Shown here piece after piece: positions 54,648 through 64,000 of a stretch of 64,000 bases of DNA. The stretch spans positions 166,966,001-167,030,000 of the forward strand of contig OX597816.1 in NCBI GenBank assembly GCA_951406725.2, given 5' to 3'. A program made the translations under genes and the position numbers. Each line of letters begins with the position of its first letter. Within the stretch, counting starts at the first letter, position 1. This DNA is from Octopus vulgaris. Its lineage: Eukaryota. Below the pieces are notes generated by a model. It did not search any database, was not told where the DNA came from, and saw only the letters and a list, made by a program, of their open reading frames with translations.

Positions 54648-54949
54648 TGGTACAGTTCTATATTTAAGAAGTGAGGAATTATGTGCATTATTTACATTAT
54701 TTACATTTAACGGATATTTGTCCTCATCTTATCTGTTGTTAGCACAACGTTTCGGCTGACATACCCTTCAGCCTCCTTAAGGTGTCTTGGGGAAATTTCG
54801 AACCTGGATTCTCATTCCTAAGTTATTTTTCGATGTTATTATAATTATTATTATTATTATTATTATTATTATTGTTCAGGTCACTGCTTGGAATCGAACT
54901 CGGAATCTTAGGGTTAGTAACCCGCGCTCTTAACCACTGCGCCACGGGC
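54648..54949 (-). mobile_element. tRNA-headed element carrying a degenerate hammerhead (54743-54784)
   Basis: Head GCCCGTGGCGCAGTGGTTAAGAGCGCGGGTTACTAACCC...GAGTTCGATTCC, then (AAT)n, then CAC-CTTAAGG-A-GGCTGA...TCAGCC-GAAA-CG-TT-GTG. Confidence 0.6.
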
Positions 54950-55339
54950 ATATGGTGCAGTGTGGTTAAAATACGTTTAGTGGCATTTCCTCTGTCTCTT
55001 TATGTTTTAAGTTCAAATCTAGCAGAGGTCAGCTTTGCCTTTTGTTCCTTTGGGGTTGTTAAAATAAAGGATCAGTCATTGACTGCGGTCAATTGTATTT
55101 ATCTTTTATCTTTTACATGTTTTAGTCATGAGACTGTGGCCATACTATAGCACTGCTTTGGAGAAATTTTAATTGAATGTACTGTCCACAGGACTTATAT
55201 TTTAAAAGCCTGGTACTTATTCTATTGGTCTCTGTTGACGAATCGCTAGGTTATGGGAACGTAAACACACCAACACCGATTGTCAAGCGGTGGTAGGGGG
55301 ACAAACACAGATACAAAGACACATACGTTGACATATATA

Positions 55340-56180
55340 CGAGGGAATCCCAAAAGTAAGGTCCCCAAAAATATTTAGAAATCATAGAAACGTTTATTGT
55401 CAATGATGTTTACACCATTTTAAAGTTTGAAAATTTATCTATTTTACTACATAATCGCCATTTCGGTCGGTGCACTTTTGTAGGCGCGGGGTCAGTTTTT
55501 GAATGCCCATGTCATACCAGCTCACCGCCATGTCATTGGGGAGGCGTTGAACCTCATATTTTACCTCGTCGTCGTTGCTGAAGCGCGTTCCGGCCAAATG
55601 TTCCTTCAACTTAGAGAACAGGTGGTAGTCACTGGGTGCCAAGTCCGTACTATAAGGTGGGTTGCTGTTTATGGTCTTCTGTAAGCATTCATGGGACCCA
55701 GCATGCGCAGACCTTCCGGCAACCCCAGGAACCAAAATGCGGAGATCATCCAGAGTGATCCGCCGATTTTCATGCAGGATTTGCTCAACCTTCACAACAC
55801 TCTCATCGGAAATTGATGGTTGCCCGGTTCTTTCTTCGTCATGAAGACAGGCTGCAAACTGCTTACACCAATTGCAGAGTTTTTGACATCCATGCATGAC
55901 TCGCCACACACTTCCGTTAATTGGTGATGAATTTCAATCGGTTTAATGCCTTTTGCGTTCAAAAACCGATTAACTGCGCGAACTTCACACTTGGCGGTAG
56001 CGACAATCAGGAAGTCCATCAGATACGACTGCCAAGCCAAGACTGAGCGCTGCAGTGAGTCGCGCGCAGCGGCAGGGTTAGGGTTTGCACAATAAACACA
56101 ACAGTGCTGCCATTACCTGCACGCACAGTTTCCCTTGCCTCCTCAGCGCTTTGGAGACCTTACTTTTGGGATTACCCTCG
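55340..56180 (-). mobile_element. Mariner DNA transposon, internally deleted transposase pseudogene
   Basis: TA|CGAGGGAATCCCAAAAGTAAGGTCCCCAAA ... TTTGGAGACCTTACTTTTGGGATTACCCTCG|TA. Motifs EVRAVNRFLNAKG..IHHQLTEV, DEERTGQP, PPYSTDLAPSDYHLF and NGDYV are present, and the DDE core is missing. Confidence 0.92.
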
Positions 56181-56225
<45 letters not shown>

Positions 56226-56264
56226 TACATAATCGCCATTCCTATTATCGTTCATTTTTCTATG

Positions 56265-56297
56265 TTTCTGACGAAGAGCTCCGCTCGAAACGTTAAA
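56265..56297 (+). ncRNA. Minimal hammerhead ribozyme in PLE-type 3' end (~56222-56400) between TA tracts
   Basis: TTT-CTGACGA-A-GAGC tcc GCTC-GAAA-CG-TT-AAA, with palindromic ACGT stem III. Confidence 0.65.
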
Positions 56298-57003
56298 TCC
56301 ACCTTCTTTCTTTCCTTTCCTGAAAGTCCAATAACACTATACTTGTTCCACGTCCTCGTGTTGTTGCGTCTTCTCTTTGTTTTTTAATGTTTGGATTAAC
56401 TATATATATGAATATATGGTACAGGACGTCACCAATGGTGCAAATAACATGAAATACGTAAACATCGAGACAAAAATGGAAAACAGAACAAGTAAATCCA
56501 AGAATGGACCCTTTATCAGTTGTCGGCTGTCTATCTACTCCTCATTTCGAACGGGCTTCTTTCTTTCAGTTTCCATCTACCAAATCCACTCACAAGGATT
56601 TGGTCGGCCCGAGGCAAAAGTAGAAGACACTTGCCCAAGGTGCTACACAGTGAGATTGAACCCAGAACCATGTGGTACAGAAACAATCTTCTTACCACAC
56701 AGCCTGAATAACATTCTTCCTTCCACATTTAAAGCCTTTTGCCAAATTTTGAAATCATTATGACTAGAATATTCTAGAAATATGAAATACATATCAAACA
56801 TTATTTCATTTCCTCGTTAATTATTTTAAAACTTTTAAAACTATTTTTTATCTTTCCTCTATTTTTTTAAAAATTTTTATTTCTGCATTTTGTCTTGTGT
56901 TTTAAAAAAAAATTTCTGATCTTTCTCAATTATTCTTGGATTCTCGTCTTATTTCGTTCTTTCTTTTTAATGATCTGCCTTCTCTGTCAATCTCTCATTC
57001 CAC

Positions 57004-57096
<93 letters not shown>

Positions 57097-57312
57097 CGTG
57101 TGTGTGTATTGCGCTCCTCGTTCTCTGTTTAGCTATGTCTGAAGGAATGTTTGCTTTTAGCATCCATAACTTGATCCCAATAATCTGATTTCTGGTAATA
57201 AGCTTTAACTCCCCGAGGAGAAATAAATATTGTTAAATAAACATTGAATATAAATACATACATACATACATACATATATATATATATACACAAACATGTA
57301 TGTATATATATG

Positions 57313-57367
<55 letters not shown>

Positions 57368-57521
57368 TTAATATATATAATATTAATATATACAGATATA
57401 TACAATCATACATATATATATGCATATGTATGTATATATATATATATATATATATAAATATTATATATATATAGATATATACAATCATACATACATGTAT
57501 ATAAGCTTGTGTATGTATTTC

Positions 57522-57574
<53 letters not shown>

Positions 57575-57799
57575 CATCATCATCATCATTTAACGTCCGC
57601 CTTCCATGCTGGCATGAGTATATATATTACATACACACTCACAGCTCACAGACACACATACATATATATACATACATACATACATACATACATACGCCAA
57701 CTTCCATAAATATTACACATGCACATACTAAATGGTCTAAATTCATAGGGAACAATTTAACAATGAAATACCTACACATACACACATTCACACAGGCAC

Positions 57800-57928
<129 letters not shown>

Positions 57929-58047
57929 CATACATACATATATATATACATACATATATATATATATATATACACATACATACATATATGCATACATATA
58001 TATATATACACACACAAATATATGTATATATATCTACAAATATATGT

Positions 58048-58108
<61 letters not shown>

Positions 58109-58602
58109 TGCACATATGGAGCTATGCCCGACCAGTCTGTACAAGTTGTTGGCCATATTTATTAGCAACCGTATAACAGTTTTCATGCACAAATAATTAC
58201 TTATGCATATCATATAGCCGACACCTAAACACATACACATACACACACACACACGGATATAATACACATGTATGTGCATAGAAAAAATTATAAGTATTTA
58301 CATATGCACATTAACATGACAATGTGTATATATATATATGTATGATATAAAATATTTTTATAAATAATGAGATAGAATCTAGTCTACAGTCCCAGATTAA
58401 TGCGCATATTGTATACATTTATACTACGGCACTGCGGTTGGAAAGCAAACTTCTTATCACGTAGCCATGCCTGCGCCAGATATGAGGACAATGTTCCAAA
58501 TATTTTATTAATGTCGTTATTAACAGCTTATTTCTTATTTTTACGAGAAGCCAAAGCGGTAGTTTGAAGGAGTGGAGACTCAATATTATGCCTACCTGTC
58601 GT

Positions 58603-58912
58603 GGCACTCTGTCGATGAGGATTCCAGTTGATACGATCAATGGAACAGCCTGCTCGTGAAATTAACGTGTAAGTGGCTGAGCACTCCACAGACACGTGTA
58701 CCTTTAACGTAGTGCTCGGGGGGAGATTAAGCGTGACACAGAATGTGACAAGGTTAGCGCTTTGAAATACAAGTACTACTCGTTTTTGTCAGCTGAGTGG
58801 ATCAACGTCATATAAAAAGTCTCTTGCTCATGGACATTACGCGCCGCCGAGAATCGATCTCATGACCTTTCAATCGTGAGCCGATTACCCCTAACCACTA
58901 TGCCCCGTGCCT
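58603..58912 (-). mobile_element. tRNA-derived SINE family E; related pieces at 51630-51810 and 25325-25480
   Basis: Minus-strand head GGCACGGGGCATAGTGGTTAGGG...GATCGATTCTC and shared CCAGTTGATACGATCAA(C/T)GGAACAGCCTGCTCGTGAAATTAA. Confidence 0.65.
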
Positions 58913-59084
58913 TATGACACACGCACGCACGCATATCTCTGTTGTTCCTTACACTGCATAGAGAAGTGGGAGGGGCAGTATAAAAGTGGGAAGCAGAGTT
59001 AACACAAGAGATTAACGCGAAAGAGAGAAATGCCGAAATTGAGAAGTGGTAGGGGGAGGGTAAAGATGATAAAAGTTACGTAGT

Positions 59085-59414
59085 TTCGTTTTTGGATTTG
59101 GTTTGCAAGATTCTTTATGTGAGTTCGTGTGTTGAAGCATATTCTGTTGTGTCTGGGGAGAGTCATTTTCTTTTTGTGCCTTATAATATAACACACTCAC
59201 CCGTAAAATTTCCACTTATTTCTTATTTTTATTTTCCTAAAATTTTCGTTGCGTCTTGCAACCTTTTCAATAGTCTTGAGTCAAGACTATTGAAAAGGTT
59301 GCAAGACGCAACGAAAATTTTGGGAAAATAAAAATAAGAAATAAGTGGAAATTTTACCGGTATGTGTGTTAAATTATAAGGCACAAAAAGAAAATGTCTC
59401 TCCCCAGACAACAG
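59085..59414. mobile_element. Fold-back PLE-type fragment, palindrome centred at 59280, with U3-A8 HHR-like motif in each arm
   Basis: CTA-TTGAAAA-G-GTTGC aagac GCAAC-GAAA-AT-TT-T(A/G)G, with arms ~59144-59279 / 59281-59414. Confidence 0.72.
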
Positions 59415-59550
59415 TTACATAGTTTATAGACACTAAATACATCACAAAGGCTTACTGATACACTCATATACACGCAAGCTTCTGTTCATGACGCCTCCAC
59501 CTATGTATGTATGTATGTATGTATGTATGTGTGTGTGTATGTGTGTATGT

Positions 59551-59582
<32 letters not shown>

Positions 59583-59587
59583 CTGTG

Positions 59588-59622
<35 letters not shown>

Positions 59623-59704
59623 ATGTATGTATGTATGTATGTATGTATGTATGTGTGCATTTAGGTATGTATGTACGTACGTATGTATGCATGTATGGTA
59701 TACG

Positions 59705-59760
<56 letters not shown>

Positions 59761-59764
<4 letters not shown>

Positions 59765-59962
59765 GGAGTAAACACATAAATGTGAAACAAGGTGGAAAAA
59801 AGAGTACTCGAATACCAGTGGTAGAGTAATATGCTTTATTTAAAGCAGCAGAAAATTCAACAAAGCCTGTTACTCTGAGTTTCGCAAAAACTGTCCGACG
59901 AACGGGAACGTGAAACTCAGAGTAACAGGTTTTGTTGAATTTTCTGCTGCTTTAAATAAAGT
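59761..59962. mobile_element. Short fold-back element with HHR variant (59887-59932, +) between (TA)n
   Basis: CTGT-CCGACGA-ACG ggaa CGT-GAAA-CTCaGAG-TA-ACAG, with IR 59834-59883 / 59912-59961. Confidence 0.72.
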
Positions 59963-59999
59963 ATATATATATATATAAATGTATATGCCCCATTTAGGG

Positions 60000-60715
60000 G
60001 AACTGTTACAACTTAGGGAATTGGATATAACTTTGACAGGTTTCGGCCAGTATAGGCCCAGGCCGTGTCTAACTCAATAGCACCACCTGGTGAAGTCTTT
60101 TAGTCATATATGGGGCACCATGGCCCACTCTAGCAAAGAGTTGTTATTGTTGGTGACATATCCGGGTGTAGGAGGTTGGTCCAAGATTTTTTGAAGAAAT
60201 TTGTCCAGTAAACATTTGAATTTTATGGGATCCGTTTCCGTTTTGACGTATTTTAGTATGGTGTTAAAGAGAGCTGGACCGGATGAGGTAAAGTAATTGT
60301 GACGTAATGTTGTTATGTGTCCTGAGTTCGATTTTTGTAGTGGGTGGATAGTACGTGGGCCAAGTCTTGGATGGATGTTAAAATTGATGCCAACATCATT
60401 TGTGCAATATTGATGGAATATTTTCCACATCACACAAATGATGTAGCGCTCCCGGCGGCGCTGGAGAAAGTAGAGATTGAGTTTTTTTAGTCGACCTCAA
60501 TAATCAATGCCTCTCATGCCGTCTATCTTTCTTGTCATTGACCTCTGGAGTGCTTCTACTTTCATAATGAGTTGCTTCGTACGGGGAGACCACAGTGGGC
60601 AACTGTACTCAAGGTGGGATCGGGAAAAAGTAGAGTAGAGAAGGACGATGATGTAGGCATCTCTAGATCGGAAAGTTCTCAGAATCCAGGAGCACATCTT
60701 GCGAGCCAAGTCAAC
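60000..60715 (-). pseudogene. CR1-group LINE ORF2 C-terminal fragment and 3' UTR
   Basis: ARKMCSWILRTFRSRD...LLYSTFSRSHLEYSCPLWSP...VEALQRSMTRKIDGM..*.RLKKLNLYFLQRRRERY...GPALFN, with one in-frame stop. Confidence 0.85.
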
Positions 60716-60723
60716 CTTGCTGT

Positions 60724-60775
<52 letters not shown>

Positions 60776-61887
60776 GCGTTTATTGTGTGTATGTGTGTGT
60801 GTGTGTGTGTGTACTCTATTTGTAGGTTAACAAGGCAACCAACGGTTTCATGTACAGAAATCTTCACAATTGTTCAAACATACCACTAACAACCCACAAA
60901 TAATGAGTATTTATCCACCAATGTGGTTTTGAGCACTCATTCTTACTGCCTGATATTAGCGTATACATACATACATACATCTTGAAGAACCCAATGCTTG
61001 GAGAGAAACAGACATACATTTGTCTTACTCAGCAAATTTTATTTCAATTATTTACACACATACACATACATATATAATACAATACAGTAATTATATATAT
61101 GTGTGTTGTTTAGAAAAAAAGGGGCAGTGTGCATAACGCTTGGATACGAGCCCAAAGAGACATCAATTCTATATCATTGCTAACCTATTAAAGAGATCTT
61201 ACCACTGCCGCCTCAGATATTTGATACACTGTCTTTCAGGATTTCATACCATAATTCTCTTGCATAGAAATTAAAAGATATGCCATCATTTGTCCATACA
61301 AGTGGTAAATGGCGGGGAGAATGTATCGTATTTCTCCAGTCGAGATTTGATTTCAATCTACTCTGAAATTATCAGCTATGCCGCGTAAACTCTCATTCCA
61401 GTACTGGGTGTAGGCTGAGGAGAATTATTATTGTTGTTGCTGCTGTTGTTTTCTCTAGCCCTGGGACAAATCGCATTGAGCGAGCCTATGTTCAAAAATA
61501 TTTCAACCATCACATTTCTGTTGTTTTATTTAAGCTATCTAGGACTATATAATACCCGATGTATTCTTTATTTACTATGTCACAGTGTGACCTGAAATTT
61601 AACTGCTATTTCAAGCATGTCGATTAACCACATAGAGGCTCTCACATTGGCTCTCTCTATATATATTGTGATAGTGCATACATGAGATATCATGCGATAA
61701 ATTGGAATATTCGTAGACATAGGCATGGCTCTGTGGTTAAAAAGTTCGTTTCCCAACCACATAGCTTCAAGTTCAGTTTCACTGCATAGCACCTAGGCAA
61801 TTCTGCTAGGGGATTCGTCAATTACTTTTATACACCCAGGGGGACGAATTGAAAAGTTGACCTCGGCTGGAAGCGAAACTTTTTCTT

Positions 61888-62973
61888 CCCAGTTATGAAC
61901 TAATTTGCATACAGCCAATCAGAGCTCAACTATGAAACTAATTCATGAGCGCATAACTAGTGATGGGCGATAAGATAAGGTCACTTGGGTAAGGAATGGC
62001 CATCCTTCTTTTCTCTTTTTGATCTTGTTCTTATTCAACCATGGCTGCCTCTGCATAATTATTTGTGTTGTTGTTTACTTTGTAAAACTGTAAGGGGAGA
62101 GGGCTGTTAGCACATCATCCTCTACCCACATTTCTCACATCCACATCTTTACCATATGGGGCCCTAACAAAATCCGATAATAGGTATGGAAGGAAATCTA
62201 TCTAATTACTTATCTCTTTATTGCCCACAAGGGGTTAAACATAGAGGGGACACACAAGGACAGACAAACGGATTAAGTCGATTACATCGACCCCAGTGCG
62301 TAACTGGTACTTATTTAATTGACCCCGAAAGGATGAAAGGCAAAGTCGACTTCGGCGGAATTTGAACTCAGAACGTAACGGCAGATGAAATACCTATTTC
62401 CCTTATTACCCACAAGGGGCTAAACACAGAGGGGACAAACAAGGACAGACATAGGTATTAAGTCGATTACATCGACCCCAGTGCGTAACTGGTACTTAAT
62501 TTATCGACCCCGAAAGGATGGAAGGCAAAGTCGACCTCGGCGGAATTTGAACTCAGAACGTAGCGGTAGACGAAATACCTATTTCTTTATTACCCACAAG
62601 GGGCTAAACACAGAGAGGACAAACAAGGACAGACAAACGGATTATGTCGATTACATCGACCCCAGTGCGTAACTGGTACTTAATTTATCGACCCCGAAAG
62701 GATGAAAGGCAAGGTCGACCTCGGCGGAATTTGAACTCAGAACGTAGCGGCAGACGAAATACCGCTAAGCATTTCGCCCGGCGTGCTAACGTTTCTGACA
62801 GCTCGCCGCAAATCTATCTAATTACTTGTCTCCTAAAATCAGGCACAACTTGGCGGTCGGTCGACTTACAACACCGTTCTTCGTCTTGAGTTTACTTGGT
62901 AGAATGTGCTTGTTAACTCGACAAGGTCAATGTGAGCTCTGATTGGCTGTATGCAAATGAGTTCATTGCTGGG
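61888..62973. mobile_element. MITE-like element with ~40-bp inverted ends, interrupted by the SINE trimer
   Basis: CCCAGTTATGAACTAATTTGCATACAGCCAATCAGAGCTCA / TGAGCTCTGATTGGCTGTATGCAAATGAGTTCATTGCTGGG. Confidence 0.55.
62212..62809 (-). mobile_element. SINE family A trimer inserted as one unit
   Basis: 18-bp TSD AAATCTATCTAATTACTT (62194-62211, 62810-62827) and two GAAATACCTATTTC junctions. Confidence 0.92.
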
Positions 62974-63465
62974 GCCCCGGAAATCTAGTGCGAAAAAACA
63001 AATTTCGCCAGCAGGACGTTAAATGACGGAACTTGAGCATAATAATGAGATAAATATAGGTTTTAGTATTAAAGTGTTAGTTTTGTCACCTTTTGACAAA
63101 GATTTCTTTCGGTTAAATTTCCAGGGCAAATTAAATATGCCTAACAATGAGGAGCAAATTAACAAAGATTTAATATTCAAACGTAATCCGGAGGGCAGAC
63201 AATGAAGCTATCGTATTTCTAAAGCATACTATAAGTATTGGAATAGCAGACTTGCAGTCGCTATAATTAGAGTAATCAAATTAATGAAATTTACTCGTTA
63301 ATTTACTGAGAATTGATGTCAGTAAACCGATACAAGTTTTCGAGAATAAAAATCCGGGTTGTTTTCACTTTTTCAAAGATGAAGAATATGAACAACTTTA
63401 TCGCTTTAGTCGCAATCAAAAACTAAAGTGAGACTATGGGGTGACAGCACTAAATAGTGTATGAC

Positions 63466-63615
63466 TGTGTAGTAAGTAGCTTGCTTAACAATCACATGGT
63501 TCCGGGTTCATTCCCACTGCGTGGCACCTTGGGCAAGTGTCTTCTACTAAAGCCTCGGGCCGACCAAAGCCTTGAGTGGATTTGGTAGACGGAAACTGAA
63601 AGAAGCCCCCCGTCG

Positions 63616-63664
<49 letters not shown>

Positions 63665-63865
63665 TTTGCGTCTCCCCCCCCCCACGTCGCTTGACAACCG
63701 ATGGTGGTGTGTTTACGTCCCCGTAACTTAGCGTTTCGGCAAAAGAGACCGATAGAATAAGTACTAGGCTTACAAAGAATGTCCTGGGGTCGATTTGCTC
63801 GACTAAAGGCGGTGCTCCAGCATGGCCGCAGTCAAATGACTGAAACAAGTAAAAGAATAAAAGAG
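63466..63865 (+). mobile_element. SINE family B, full length
   Basis: Head, CORE-like motif, (GT)n and tail. Confidence 0.85.
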
Positions 63866-64000
63866 TAATACAAATTTCTTACTAGTTCAAATATACTTGA
63901 GGTATATTGGAACCTGTGAAAAAGTCATTCACTGTAATCATGAAGAAAATTTCTCTATGACGAAATACAATTTTACACACAAATGCAAAACAACACCAAA

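Noticed and set aside
62212-62809. Regularly spaced repeats resembling a CRISPR array or satellite
   Set aside because: The units are ~185-bp SINE copies with no unique spacers, in a eukaryotic context.

Overview
This is eukaryotic, AT-rich and microsatellite-dense DNA made almost entirely of repeats. The tRNA-derived SINE families and (TA/CA/GATA)n density fit a cephalopod (octopus-like) genome, which is an inference. No intact host gene is recognisable, and nearly all listed ORFs are microsatellite or SINE artefacts. The dominant structure is a ~7.6 kb head-to-head inverted duplication (26775-34370) of a 5'-truncated Penelope-like retroelement (PLE). It has an RT-thumb/linker, a C-terminal GIY-YIG endonuclease, a ~2.8 kb microsatellite-mosaic 3' region and a terminal hammerhead ribozyme (HHR). 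At least 12 further HHR or HHR-like motifs from several unrelated sequence families are scattered across the window. Almost all have a palindromic stem III and sit in fold-back DNA inserted in (TA)n. Several carry the compensated U3-A8 core swap or recurrent U4C, A6U or extra-nucleotide variants, and one lies downstream of a tRNA-like Pol III head. A second oddity is a SINE that integrates as TSD-flanked multimers with an invariant hairpin junction. Also present are mariner, pogo, hAT and Merlin-like MITEs, Helitron-like elements, and CR1-type, RLE-type and probable Tx1/L1 LINE fragments. All RNA folds were read by eye and are untested.
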